Below are positions 46,431 through 61,045 of a stretch of 64,000 bases of DNA, piece after piece. Position 1 is the stretch's first letter, and each line of letters begins with the position of its first letter. The stretch is from contig NIVC01002959.1 in the NCBI GenBank assembly GCA_002269645.1, positions 1-64,000 of the forward strand, written 5' to 3'. The position numbers and the translations under genes were made by a program. Source of the stretch: Macrostomum lignano. Lineage: Eukaryota. The notes under the pieces were generated by a model, which saw only the letters and a list, made by a program, of their open reading frames with translations, searched no databases and had not been told where the DNA came from.

Positions 46431-47767
46431 TCGATGAACTGCACGCCTTGACACCTAAACTGGCTCCTGGAATGCCTTATAAACAGTACAAATTGCTATT
46501 TAAAGTTTATCATTGTGTTAAGAATGTTTCCTAATAAGCCTTCACAATCTACTAAAACCGACACGAGCAAAAAGATTGTCCAAAGGTTTGTTGTCAAATA
46601 AATGACCTATTTGTTTTAATCTTCAATCCAGCAAAATCTGTACGGCTTCAAGTGCAAAGCGACAATTTTAATTTGACAGCCGAAGTTCAGTTTATCCTGC
46701 AGCCACTGCAGTTTTCAATTCCAACTGTGTATAAACTTTACACTAAGCTGGCTCCTCTTGACCCTGTGAGATCTGCCCTGCCAATGCTTTCTCATGCTTT
46801 GCATTAGCAGAGTGAGAGAAAAGAGGGCCAACTCTGTCTGCTTCTGCGCATGTGAACCTCGGAGTTAAAGGCGCAGTCCGACTGCAGGCAAAGCAAGTCT
46901 TTCCTCTTCAAACCCTCGGCACTTGCCTTCTTGTGTGTCTCTCCAAAACTAAAAGTATTTCTTGATGCGCTTGAAAACGATTGCGGAATATGCAGAATAT
47001 AGAGTGAATGAGAGAGAGGGAGAGAGAAATTCTTTGCTTTTTTCTTCTTGCACCATTCCCCGACTGTGCAGGTTGCGCACAGGCTCCCTCCCTCTTTTCT
47101 TTCTTTTTCTTCTGCCTGTCTCTGCTACTGAAAAAAAAGCCCTGGAAAGGCCACCCTGATTGAGGCTCGGAGGACACAGGCAGAGATGCTTGGGGGGTGG
47201 CCCTATTACCGGCTGGCTATATCGGATTAAATGCATGGGCACGAGCGTCTGCGGGAACTGTCCGCTGCTTCGGGCCGTAGGTGCCGCTATTTGCTGCCGC
47301 TGAAGAGAGTGGGGGGGGGGGGCAAGCCCTGTTTTCAGACCACAGCGAGCGCACGAAAAAACTTATTGGCTTGATTTCTTTGCCGCAAGCTGAGCGGCCA
47401 GAAATCGCGAGAAGGGATGACAGCGGGCCTGCTAAGGGGGGGGGGGTTGGTGGGGCCAGTTTCAGGGGATCTGGGATCGAGGTTGTTGGTTAGGGGAATT
47501 TTATATACACTTGCATGGGAAAGCGGTCCCTAGTTCTCCTCTCAAGTCCTCCGTCCGCTGTGTTGTGCGTGTACAAGGGGAAGAGAACTTAGGGATGGGA
47601 TGGAAAGTTTTTTTTTAAAAGAAACTTTGTATGGCACGGCCGCCATAGGGATGGAATTGCTGCATATTATAGATTTCCGGCATGTCCCGGTCCTGTCCTG
47701 TGACCGGTCTGTCGCTGAAAAATGTGCCAATAGCTTGACGTCAATTCAAGACTGCCGTACCACTGGG

Positions 47768-48652
47768 TGCAATGGGGCGCCTTATTCAATGCAAATTTGG
47801 CACCTTATTCAATGCAATTTTAGCGCCTTATTCAATGAAATTTTGGCGCCTTGTTCAATGCAATTTTGGCGATTTGCTCAATGCAATTTTGGCGCCTTAT
47901 TCAATGCAATTTTGGCGATTTGCTCAATGCAATTTTGGCGCCTTATTCAATGCAATTTTGGCGCCTTATTCAATGAAATTTTGGCGCCTTATTCAATGCA
48001 ACTTTGGCGCCCTATTTAATGCAATTTTGGCGCCTTATCCAATGCAATTTTGGCGCCTTGTTCAATGCAATTTTGGCGACTTATTCAATGCAATTTTGGC
48101 GCCTTATTCAATGCAATTTTGGCGCCTTATTCAATGCAATTTTGGCGCCTTATTCAATGCAATTTTGGCGCCTTATTCAATGCAATTTTGGCGCCTTGCT
48201 CAATGCAATTTTGGCGACTTATTCAATGCAATTTTGGCGCCTTATTCAATGCAATTTTGGCGCCTTATTCAATGCAATTTTGGCGCCTTATTCAATGCAA
48301 TTTTGGCGCCTTATTCAATGCAATTTTGGCGCCTTATTCAATGCAATTTTGGCGCCTTATTCAATGCAGTTTTGGCGCCTTGTTCAATGCAATTTTGGCG
48401 CCTTATTCAATGCAATTTTGGCGCCTTATTCAATGCAATTTTGGCGCCTTATTCAATGCAATTTTGGCGCCTTATTCAATGCAATTTTGGCGCCTTATTC
48501 AATGCAACTTTGACGCCTTGTTCAATGCAATTTTGGCGCCTTATTCAATGCAATTTTGGCGCCCTATTCAATGCAATTTTGGCGCCTTATTCAATGCAAC
48601 TTTGACGCCTTATTCAATGCAATTTTGGCGCCTTATTCAATACAATTTTGGC
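47768..48652. repeat. Minisatellite, 23 bp unit (CTTATTCAATGCAATTTTGGCGC)
   Basis: Directly visible. Confidence 0.95.
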
Positions 48653-49497
48653 GGCCTTTTCTGGCAGAGTCATAACGGTGCAACTCCTACAAAATTGGCG
48701 AGAGCATCTTCTCTTCCAGTTAGCGAATCGATACGACTGGTTGGGGGGGCCCACCGCCATGGGCCATGGCTAATTGCCGCCTTCATAATAGAAATCTCCT
48801 CCACTATGCTTGAATATTTGCGGCCGTGTACATTCTACAAGGATTTCTCCAGATTTTCGTCCCTTCCCTAGCAATTCTCTTGCCCTCTCTTAGAGACGCG
48901 AGGAAGAAGGGGAGGTTGGGAGCACATGGGTAAATGGGGGAGAGGATAAACTTGCGCACAGGGATACGCGATATTTACTAGAATGCTCCTCGTTTTCCCT
49001 GACCCTCCAACTCCCCTTTCCTGGCTAAGGGGGGGGGAGTTTGATGGCTGGGAGGATGGAGACTGCGGCGAAGGCCGCCGGCTTCCCCCTGTAGCTAATC
49101 ATTTGGTCACGAGTGCGTGAAGTGTTTCTGTCCGCGCCAACTCATTCATGCACAGCGCTGGGGAAAGGGGGGAAGGGAGAGCAAGGGAATTGGGAGCCTG
49201 TTTAGATCCCAAACCGAACCCTGAGCTGGTTTAAGCACTCAAACTCTGCTCCGAGATGGTCAGAGATATTATAGGCACTTCGGATGTGGAGCCGAAAAAG
49301 GGATCTGGGGGCTGGGGGACAGGGGATTACAGAAACATGCCCCCCCAGCGATTGATGCGGGAAAGAAGGAAGGAGAAAGAGAGCCTCATTTTCTGGGAGT
49401 TTGGGAACTGGATTTGGGAAGATTAGCCTGTTCTCGCTGGCTGCTGCTCTGGGGGCGGAGTGCTCACTGTGCTCTAATCAATGCGGCTGCCTCAGGG

Positions 49498-50545
49498 ACC
49501 TGCATCACTCCCTGTCTCACTCTCTGCCTTACTCCCTGCATCACTCCCTGCATCACTCCCTGCATCACTCCCTGCCTCTCTCCCTGCATCACTCCCTACA
49601 TCACTCACTGTCTTACTCCCTGTCTTACTCCCTGCATCACTCCCTGCATCGCTCCCTGTCTCACCCCCTGTCTTACTCCCTGCATCACTCCCTGCCTCTC
49701 TCCCTGCATCACTCCCTACATCACTCACTGTCTTACTCTTTTCCTTACTCCCTGCATCACTCCCTGTCTCACTCCCTGTCTTACTCCCTGCATCACTCCC
49801 TGCATCACTCCCTGCATCACTCCCTGCATCACTCCCTGCATCACTCCCTGCATCACTCCCTGCATCACTCTCTGCATCACTCCCTGCATCACTCCCGGCA
49901 TCACTCCCTGCATCACTCCCTGCATCACTCCCTGTCTCACCCCCTGCATCACTCCCTGTCTCACTCCCTGTCTCACTCCCTGTCTCACTCCCTGCATCAC
50001 TCCCTGCATTACTCCCTGCATCACTCCCTGCATCACTCCCTGCATCACTCCTGCATCACTCCCTGCATCACTCCCTGCATCACTCCCTGCATCACTCCCT
50101 GCATCACTCCCGGCATCACTCCCTGCATCACTCCCTGCATCACTCCCTGTCTCACTCCCTGCATCACTCCCTGCATCACTCCCTGCATCACTCCCTGCAT
50201 CACTCCCTGCATCACTCTCTGCATCACTCCCTGCATCACTCCCTGTCTCACCCCCTGCATCACTCCCTGTCTCACTCCCTGTCTCACTCCCTGTCTCACT
50301 CCCTGCATCACTCCCTGCATTACTCCCTGCATCACTCCCTGCATCACTCCCTGCATCACTCCCTGCATCACTCCCTGCATCACTCCCTGCATCACTCCCT
50401 GCATCACTCCCTGCATCACTCCCGGCATCACTCCCTGCATCACTCCCTGCATCACTCCCTGCATCACTCCCTGCATCACTCCCTGTCTCACTCCCTGCAT
50501 CACTCCCTGCATCACTCCCTACATCACTCACTGTCTTACTCCTAA
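49498..50545. repeat. Minisatellite, 12 bp unit (TCACTCCCTGCA)
   Basis: Directly visible; variant blocks are duplicated at higher order. Confidence 0.95.
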
Positions 50546-51052
50546 AAAGGTAAGTTTCGTATCTTGATAGTTTACGCCACACTGACGGGAGCAAGTTTCA
50601 ATAATCATATTTTGAAAGTCCATGCTAACTAAGGACAATATCCATTAGCTACTGATCCAATATTACTATAAGTAGCAGAAATCCGCCCACCAGTTCACTT
50701 CGCTAACAATACCTAAGCCCTCATCCTACTAATAGTAACTGCTTTCCCCTTAATTGTTGGGTAAAATTTTTCAGCTATAATATGATTGTGCAGTAAGTAC
50801 TCAGCTGCCCTCTCTGCCCCCTCTCTCTTTCTCTCTCTTTCTCTCTCTCTTCACCGTCCACCAACTATCTCTTTACAAAACAACTCCGCTCTGTTGCCAC
50901 AACACACCCGCCACGCCGACAGCCAACTATGGCGCAGGCCTCGCCTCTGACCGACCAAATATGAACTTCGGCTTTTAAGTACAATTGCACTGTATCGCGT
51001 GCCGGTGTTGCACCGCTGGCCAAGTATTTTTCAGATATTTGTCAGCCGCAAA

Positions 51053-52420
51053 GCCTTCAGCCACCCTTCAGCCATTCATTTAGACCTTCAGTCACCCTTC
51101 AGCCATTCATTTAGACCTTCAGCTATCCATTTAGACCTTCAGTCACCCTTCAGCCATTCATTTAGACCTTCAGCTATCCATTTAGACCTTCAGTCACCCT
51201 TCAGCCATTCATTTAGACCTTCAGCTATCCATTTAGACCTTCAGTCACCCTTCAGCCATTCATTTAGACCTTCAGCTATCCATTTAGACCTTCAGTCACC
51301 CTTCAGCCATTCATTTAGACCTTCAGCTATCCTTCAGCCATTCATTTAGACCTTCAGTCACCCTTCAGCCATTCATTTAGACCTTCAGTCACCCTTCAGC
51401 CATTCATTTAGACCTTCAGCTATCCATTTAGACCTTCAGTCACCCTTCAGCCATTCATTTAGACCTTCAGCTATCCATTTAGACCTTCAGTCACCCTTCA
51501 GCCATTTCATTTAGACCTTCAGCTATCCATTTAGACCTTCAGCTATCCATTTAGACCTTCAGTCACCCTTCAGCCATTCATTTAGACCTTCAGCTATCCT
51601 TCAGCCATTCATTTAGACCTTCAGTCACCCTTCAGCCATTCATTTAGACCTTCAGTCACCCTTCAGCCATTCATTTAGACCTTCAGCTATCCTTCAGCCA
51701 TTCATTTAGACCTTCAGTCACCCTTCAGCCATTCATTTAGACCTTCAGTCACCCTTCAGCCATTCATTTAGACCTTCAGCTATCCATTTAGACCTTCAGT
51801 CACCCTTCAGCCATTCATTTAGACCTTCAGCTATCCTTCAGCCATTCATTTAGACCTTCAGTCACCCTTCAGCCATTCATTTAGACCTTCAGTCACCCTT
51901 CAGCCATTTATTTAGACCTTCAGCTATCCTTCAGCCATTCATTTAGACCTTCAGCTATCCTTCAGCCATTCATATAGACCTTCAGCTATCCTTCAGCCAT
52001 TCATTTAGACCTTCAGCTATCCTTCAGCCATTCATTTAGACCTTCAGCTATCCTTCAGCCATTCATTTAGACCTTCAGCTATCCTTCAGCCATTCATTTA
52101 GACCTTCAGTCACTCTTCAGCCATTCATTTAGACCTTCAGCTATCCTTCAGCCATTCATTTAGACCTTCAGTCACTCTTCAGCCATTCATTTAGACCTTC
52201 AGCTATCCTTCAGCCATTCATTTAGACCTTCAGCTATCCTTCAGCCATTCATTTAGACCTTCAGTCACCCTTCAGCCATTCATTTAGACCTTCAGCTATC
52301 CTTCAGCCATTCATTTAGACCTTCAGCTATCCTTCAGCCATTCATTTAGACCTTCAGTCACTCTTCAGCCATTCATTCAGACCTTCAGTCACCCTTCAGC
52401 CATTCATTTAGACCTTCAGC
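51053..52420. repeat. Compound minisatellite of 31-bp and 20-bp units sharing TTAGACCTTCAG
   Basis: Directly visible; the 51-bp higher-order unit is seen as a 17-aa repeat in ORF 50999. Confidence 0.95.
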
Positions 52421-52957
52421 TACTTTCTCTGCACTTTTAAAAGCCACAATACGTTCCCTAACTAACTGAAAAAAAACTATCGAGAAAAATATTCTAGAAA
52501 TTTCTGTCCAGAATTTTTTATTTGTTGAGTGCCGTAGAAATCTTGGTCAATTATCAAAAACCAATATACTCTACTCATTTAAGTAGTAAGTTAAGAAAGT
52601 TTTACTCTAGCAGTCAATTTCAGCACAATGCATTTGACAAGTCGCCCATATGCTGCTCTGAAAGCGCTTTTGACTTTGATTGATTGACTGGCCTTTGAGA
52701 TTCGGTCTCCAAGCTTGAGCAGTGGGACTCGAGTTTGAGCAGACTTAATGCCTCGACATTCTCCTGGTGAATAATTGATAAACTGTGATGATAAAATGAA
52801 ATCCAGAATTAAAAGCATTGTCATGTCAGAACTGAGTGCATTGGAAACTGAGCTGAGTCTGAGTCCAGCTTGTCTCTGGGTCTGACTGCTTTCTCAATGG
52901 GTTTGGAGCTGACTGAGACACATGGACTACGGCTGATGTAGATTCGTGTGGATGAGG

Positions 52958-53493
<536 letters not shown>

Positions 53494-54194
53494 CAGAGGT
53501 CACACGTATTAATTCTTTAGTATTTAGGAAATGGCACCCAGTTTCAAGCCTCTGGGCTCTTCGTCAGGCCAAAAATTTGCGTCTAAAGAGGGAGAGGGGG
53601 AGACAGTGAGAGAGGAGAGCACAGCATTGATCTCGACCTACTAATATGTTGCGCAATCAAAATTCCATTTCATCAATGAAAAAAATTATTAAAAAGCAAA
53701 AAACCAAAAAGCAAAAAGCTAAACAAATTAAATGCTTATTTTTGTCCCCTGCAGAGCCCCCAGCCAAGGTTGCAGATGAAGCGGCCGGACATCCCACAAA
53801 GTCGGCGTTTTGGCCTCCCTGAGTTGGTCCAGCTTAAAAAAATTCACTTTTTTTGCTGTCGGGGCGGCCTGCCTCCAACCGACTGCCGGTCGACTTCACT
53901 TTTTTTTGCTGGCCAGATTAAATCGAATTTCTGGGTCTTATAATTCTATTATAAGTCTCCCATCCCAGTCCCTGCCTGCATGTCTCTCTGGCTTCTCTGG
54001 CTCTTCTAGAATTTCTGTCGCCGACTATGGGTGAGCAGCAGAGCAGCCCGATGTTTCCCAGAAATGTCTGCCCCACACCAGACTGGCTTGTGGGTGAGTC
54101 AGGAGTCGCAACTGGGACTGAGGCATGGACCTTGCAGAAGGTCCGGCCTAAGCTTGAAAATGGCGACTTCAGGTGACTTCAGTGTTGCAGCAGT

Positions 54195-55135
54195 ACTTGC
54201 TTTATCTCTGGCGCCACTTGCACACTTTCTCTGGCGCCACTTGCACACTTTCTCTGGCGCCATTTGCACACTTTCTCTGGCGCCATTTGCACACTTCCCA
54301 ACCTGGCGCTTTATCTGGCGCCACTTGCACACTTCCCAACCTGGCGCTTTATCTGGCGCCACTTGCACACTTCCCAACCTGGCGCCATTTGCACAATCTG
54401 GTGCCATTTGCACACTTCCTCTGGCGCTATTTGCACACTTCCCAACCTGGCGCCATTTGCACAATCCGGCGCCATTTGCACACTTCCTCTGGCGCCATTT
54501 GCACACTTCCTCTGGTGCCATTTGCACACTTCTTAATCTGGCGCCATTTGCACACTTCCTCTGGTGCCATTTGCACACTTCTTAATCTGGCGCCATTTGC
54601 ACACTTCCTCTGGTGCCATTTGCACACTTCCTCTGGTGCCATTTGCACACTTCTTAATCTGGCGCCATTTGCACACTTTCTCTGGCGCCATTTGCACACT
54701 TCTTAATCTGGCGCCATTTGCACACTTTCTCTGGCGCCACTTGCACACTTCCCAATCCGGCGCCACTTGCACACTTTCTCTGGCGCCATTTGCACACTTC
54801 TTAATCTGGCGCCATTTGCACACTTTCTCTGGTGCCATTTGCACACTTCTTAATCTGGCGCCATTTGCACACTTTCTCTGGCGCCACTTGCACACTTCCC
54901 AATCCGGCGCCACTTGCACACTTTCTCTGGCGCCATTTGCACACTTCTTAATCTGGCGCCACTTGCACACTTCCTCTGGCGCCACTTGCACACTTCCCAA
55001 TCCGGCGCCACTTGCACACTTTCTCTGGTGCCACTTGCACACTTCCCAATCCGGCGCCACTTGCACACTTTCTCTGGCGCCATTTGCACAATTTTTGGCG
55101 CCATTTGCAAACTTTCTCTGGCGCCATTTGCACAC
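54195..55135. repeat. Minisatellite, ~23 bp unit (CTGGCGCCATTTGCACACTTTCT) with 22-25 bp variants
   Basis: Directly visible. Confidence 0.95.
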
Positions 55136-56099
55136 CAAGTTCAGCTCCCCATAACCGAACTTCCCAAATCACTGTCATCAAAAGCCAGCAATTTCTTGGA
55201 AATCGAAAGGTAAGCGTCAATTAGCTTCACTTCCAGCTTCAAGGCCTTACTGCCAATTAGGTAACTCGGCCCAACACAGATCCAGCTGAGAACAAAGATC
55301 TGCGATTGCTGTCTCAAAGTCTCAGAGTTCCGTTTGAGCCTGTCTGGTAAGACGCCAACTGCGCATTGCTTGAACGCGTCACACGGTGATAATGAGAAGT
55401 TAAGTGTCTCTCAAGTATCAGCAGCAGCCCCCCATCAGCCTCAGGGCTGGTTTTGATCGGTCCTCGGACCAGACTCAAACCCTGAGGCGCTGAGCATGAT
55501 AATGAGAGCAGGAGACTGGAGAGTCGCAAGGCACCTGATTACGATTCACACTGTCTGAGAGTTGGGGCGTTGGTGCTGAGCACTATGGAGATTGAGATAA
55601 AGCTGAGAATAGAATATCTCTCTCAACTCATGGCGATATTGAAGGGAAGTTCTCCCCAGCTCTGGGGATATAATTAGTTTGGGATATTATTGAGAAGCTA
55701 GCAGTCGGAGAAGGGCGGGTGGCCATCTTCTACAAGCACTGAGTTGAGATTGATTTTCATTGATCTGCCGGGCATGCAGAACTGCATGCTGCTCAGAGTA
55801 TTTTGATTGATTGGTTGGACCGTGTGGTGCTGAGTGCCAGCCTTATGAGACCCATAGCCTGACTGACTGACTGTTTGACGAAAAATTGGAAACAGTTTTT
55901 GTTCTTTTGTTTGATTGTTTGTTTTTTTCGGCTTGGTCTGGCTGGGAAAGTCAAATCAGAAAAAACTGCTTTTTTAAGGCCTCCTTGAAAATTTATGGCC
56001 TTCCCAGAAGTCTTGATAGATCTTCGTGTCAATGATTGACTGGGTGAATTTAGCGCCTGGCGAAAATATTCTTCTATGTTGAATTCTCGTTCTCTTCCA

Positions 56100-58205
56100 C
56101 TCTGACATTCCCTCGCTCTCTCACTGCCATTCCCTCTCTCTCACTGCCATTCCCTCCCCCTCTCTTCCACTCTGCCATTCCCTCTCTCAATCTGCCATTC
56201 ATTCTCTCAATCTGCCATTCATTCTCTCAATCTGCCATTCATTCTCTCAATCCGCCATTCATTCTCTCAATCTGCCATTCATTCTCTCAATCTGCCATTC
56301 ATTCTCTCAATCTGCCATTCATTCTCTCAATCTGCCATTCATTCTCTCAATCTGCCATTCATTCTCTCACTCTGCCATCCCCTCTCTCACTCTGCCATCC
56401 CCTCTCTCACTCTGCCATTCCCTCTCTCACTCTGCCATCCCCTCTCTCACTCTGCCGTTCCCTCTCTCACTCTGCCATTCCCTCTCTCACTCTGCCATCC
56501 CCTCTCTCACTCTGCCGTTCCCTCTCTCACTCTGCCATCCCCTCTCTCACTCTGCCATTCCCTCTCTCACTCTGCCGTTCCCTCTCTCACTCTGCCATCC
56601 CCTCTCTCACTCTGCCATTCCCTCTCTCTCACTGCCATTCCCTCTCTCACTCTGCCGTTCCCTCTCTCACTCTGCCATTCCCTCTCTCACTCTGCCGTTC
56701 CCTCTCTCACTCTGCCATCCCCTCTCTCACTCTGCCATTCCCTCTCTCTCACTGCCATTCCCTCTCTCACTCTGCCATTCCCTCTCTCACTCTGCCATTC
56801 CCTCTCTCACTCTGCCATCCCCTCTCTCACTCTGCCATCCCCTCTCTCACTCTGCCGTTCCCTCTCTCACTCTGCCATCCCCTCTCTCACTCTGCCGTTC
56901 CCTCTCTCACTCTGCCATCCCCTCTCTCACTCTGCCATTCCCTCTCTCACTCTGCCATCCCCTCTCTCACTCTGCCATCCCCTCTCTCACTCTGCCATCC
57001 CCTCTCTCACTCTGCCTTTCCCTCTCTCACTCTGCCATTCCCTCTCTCACTCTGCCATCCCCTCTCTCACTCTGCCATTCCCTCTCTCACTCTGCCATCC
57101 CCTCTCTCACTCTGCCATCCCCTCTCTCACTCTGCCGTTCCCTCTCTCACTCTGCCATCCCCTCTCTCACTCTGCCGTTCCCTCTCTCACTCTGCCATCC
57201 CCTCTCTCACTCTGCCATTCCCTCTCTCTCACTGCCATTCCCTCTCTCACTCTGCCGTTCCCTCTCTCACTCTGCCATTCCCTCTCTCACTCTGCCGTTC
57301 CCTCTCTCACTCTGCCATCCCCTCTCTCACTCTGCCATTCCCTCTCTCACTCTGCCATTCCCTCTCTCACTCTGCCGTTCCCTCTCTCACTCTGCCATTC
57401 CCTCTCTCACTCTGCCGTTCCCTCTCTCACTCTGCCATCCCCTCTCTCACTCTGCCATTCCCTCTCTCACTCTGCCATTCCCTCTCTCACTCTGCCGTTC
57501 CCTCTCTCACTCTGCCATTCCCTCTCTCACTCTGCCATCCCCTCTCTCACTCTGCCATCCCCTCCCTCACTCTGCCGTTCCCTCTCTCACTCTGCCATCC
57601 CCTCTCTCACTCTGCCGTTCCCTCTCTCACTCTGCCATCCCCTCTCTCACTCTGCCATTCCCTCTCTCACTCTGCCATCCCCTCTCTCACTCTGCCATCC
57701 CCTCTCTCACTCTGCCGTTCCCTCTCTCACTCTGCCATTCCCTCTCTCACTCTGCCATTCCCTCTCTCACTCTGCCGTTCCCTCTCTCACTCTGCAATCC
57801 CCTCTCTCACTCTGCCATTCCCTCTCTCTCACTGCCATTCCCTCTCTCACTCTGCCTTTCTCTCTCTCACTCTGCCATTCCCTCTCTCACTCTGCCATTC
57901 CCTCTCTCTCACTGCCATTCCCTCTCTCACTCTGCCATCCCCTCTCTCACTCTGCCATTCCCTCTCTCTCACTGCCATTCCCTCTCTCACTCTGCCTTTC
58001 TCTCTCTCACTCTGCCATTCCCTCTCTCACTCTGCCATTCCCTCTCTCATTTTGGCATTCCCTCTCTCACTCTGCCATTCTCTCTCTCACTCTGCCATTC
58101 CCTCTCTCACTCTGCCATTCCCTTTCTCATTTTGGCATTCCCTCTCTCACTCTGCCATTCCCTCTCTCACTCTGCCATTCCCTTTCTCATTTTGGCATTC
58201 CCTCT
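56100..58205. repeat. Minisatellite, 20 bp unit (CCTCTCTCACTCTGCCATTC), ~2.1 kb
   Basis: Directly visible. Confidence 0.97.
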
Positions 58206-59027
58206 CTCTCTCCACTCTACCATTTCTCTGTCTCTGTGAAATTTCCCTAAATTTTAATCCCAACATTCCCATTCGAATTTCCCCAATCCTATATTCCCCC
58301 CGAAAAATCCCCAATCGAGATCTCAGCTGGTCTCAGTCGTGAACCGGCGACCCAAAACAGACAGACAGATTTGCTTCAAAAACTTTGGTGCAGTTGAACA
58401 TCTCGCAAGCTGTCACAGCTCCGGACAGATGTGCTCAGTCAGCACTGTCACTCTGATTGAGAGTCTGAGTTTCTGTCAGAGTTTGCAGGAGTTGCCTGCC
58501 TCATTTACTTTCCTGCAGTTCCTGTGACAGTGGGAGGGGGCGAGACCCCCCGCAGGGACCGCAGCTAAGTCTGTTGCTGTGTGCTCAGCTGAGCAGTCTT
58601 GCGTCAAATCATCCCTGTCTGCATTGTGATTAATTGATCCCCAACCTAATCCGCTGTAGTCTCTGCTTCAGGAAACTTGAACGATTTCTTATTTTACCTT
58701 TTTTGGGCCCGGCAAGTCAGAAGAGGATTTGAATTTCGACTAACTCCTCCCGTTGGCGAGCCTTGCCTTAGCTTATTGAGACACTCGTCACTTTCTTAAC
58801 TCGCTCTTCGCCCTCTTTTCACTTTCTTTCTAATCACTATTTTCACTCCCTTGTCACTCTCTCACTCTCTCGTCACTCACTTTATCATCACTTCACTCTC
58901 TCGTCACTCACGTCACTCACATCATCATTCACTTCATCACTCACATTATCACTCACTTCACTCTCTCGTCACTCACTTTATCACTCACTCTATGACTCAC
59001 TTCACTCTCTCGTCACTCACTCCATGA

Positions 59028-59330
59028 CTCGCTTCACTCTCTTGTCACTCTCTTGTCACTCATATCAAGCTCTTTTAGCTCTGTTGTTTCCCTATAAGTT
59101 ATCTTCTCTCGATTTTGATGTCTACAACTCGCTTCACTCTCTTGTCACTCTCTTGTCACTCATATCAAGCTCTTTTAGCTCTGTTGTTTCCCTATAAGTT
59201 ATCTTCTCTCGATTTTGATGTCTACAACTCGCTTCACTCTCTTGTCACTCTCTTGTCACTCATATCAAGCTCTTTTAGCTCTGTTGTTTCCCTATAAGTT
59301 ATCTTCTCTCGATTTTGATGTCTACAACTC
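59028..59330. repeat. Three apparently identical copies of a 100-bp unit
   Basis: Unit starts at 59028, 59128 and 59228; ORFs 59115 and 59215 start with identical sequence 100 bp apart. Confidence 0.93.
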
Positions 59331-60189
59331 GATAAGGTTAAAGCAGGCACAATTGCAAGCCAATCGATTGAATACGCTCTTATTTGCACCAGCTGCATCC
59401 AGGAGCTGCATGTGGTGTCAAGTTGGTATCAAAAATTCACCAATATCACCCACCACCAGCTGGACACGAGAAAGGTCGCAATGGTTTCAAAGCTTGGGAT
59501 AACTTTCATGCTTACGCGACTGTCCCTACAGCTTGGTCAGTAATTTGACCCCAAGCTGCAGACAGGCAAGGCTCGTGTTGGACTACCGCGAGCGCACGAA
59601 TGCAGATTTGCGCGCAAAACAAAACGCAAAGCATTGTTTGTTGCGTCACCGCAAACTTAGGAAGGCTGACTGACTGAGAGTCCCTTGGCCAAGTCTGCGA
59701 CCAGCTGGAAGGGGTGGGTCGCTGACAGAGCACAGAGCAGAGATGGTAGGCGCTGGAGTCTCCTAATTGCCTCCCCTCTGGATAGGCGCTGCAGCCTCGA
59801 TGTTGGCGATGATGCAACTGGCCAATGATCCCAGGGAGTCTGCCCAGCCTCCTCTCCCTCTTTCTCTCATGGGATTTTCAATTTCAATGCAGAGAATTGA
59901 ACTGGTGGGGGGGGGGGGAATTCCGGGACTGCATGCAGTTCGGCAGTGTTGAAACTTCGTTATGCGAAAGCTGGAGACTGCGCGTGGCGCGGCTCAGCCT
60001 CCCCGCCGAGCTGCTTCATCACATCGCCCCGCCCCGTCTGCTGCACCTCTCTTCTCCCCCCTGCTGCGACAGGAGCGGACACTGATACAATGCTGAGCTG
60101 CTGATATAATGCTCAAATACAGTTGTCCTGTCACTCCGTGTGCCGTGCATCCGTCTCTGTATCTTCACTCTCCGTCTGCCGCCGCTTTC

Positions 60190-61045
60190 CTTGTCACTCT
60201 CATTGTCACTCTCCTTGTCACTCTCCTTGTCACTCTCCTTGTCACTCTCCTTGTCACTCTCCTTGGCACTCTCAGCTTGTCACTCTCCTTGTCAGTCTCA
60301 TTGTCACTCTCCTTGTCATTCTCCTTGTCACTCTCCTTGTCACTCTCCTTGTCACTCTCCTTGGCACTCTCAGCTTGTCACTCTCCTTGTCACTCTACTT
60401 GCCACTCTCGCTGTCAGTCTCCTTGTCACTCTTCTTGTCACTCTCCTTGTAACTCTCCTTGTCACTCTCCTTGGCACACTCAGCTTGTCACTCTCCTTGT
60501 CAGTCTCATTGTCACTCTCCTTGTCATTCTCCTTGTCACTCTCCTTGTCACTCTCCTTGTCACTCTCCTTGGCACTCTCAGCTTGTCACTCTCCTTGTCA
60601 CTCTACTTGCCACTCTCGCTGTCAGTCTCCTTGTCACTCTTCTTGTCACTCTCCTTGTAACTCTCCTTGTCACTCTCCTTGGCACTCTCAGCTTGTCACT
60701 CTCCTTGTCAGTCTCATTGTCACTCTCCTTGTCACTCTCCTTGTCACTCTCCTTGTCACTCTCCTTGGCACTCTCAGCTTGTCACTCTCCTTGTCAGTCT
60801 CATTGTCACTCTCCTTGTCATTCTCCTTGTCACTCTCCTTGTCACTCTCTTTGTCACTCTCCTTGTCACTCTCCTTGTCACTCTCCTTGGCATTCTCATT
60901 GTCACTCTCCTTGTCAATCTCCTTGTCACTCTCCTTGTCACTCTCCTTGCCACTCTCCTTGTCACTCTCCTTGGCATTCTCCTTTTAACTCTCCTTGTTA
61001 CTCTCCTTGTCACTCTTCTTGTCACTCTCCTTGTCACTCTCCTTG
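60190..61045. repeat. Minisatellite, 12 bp unit (TGTCACTCTCCT)
   Basis: Directly visible. Confidence 0.95.

Noticed and set aside
55314-55529. Short ORFs in the unique spacers (also 46908-47493, 52591-52824, 59215-60085) as exons of one gene
   Set aside because: No recognisable domain and no consistent splice-phase chain.
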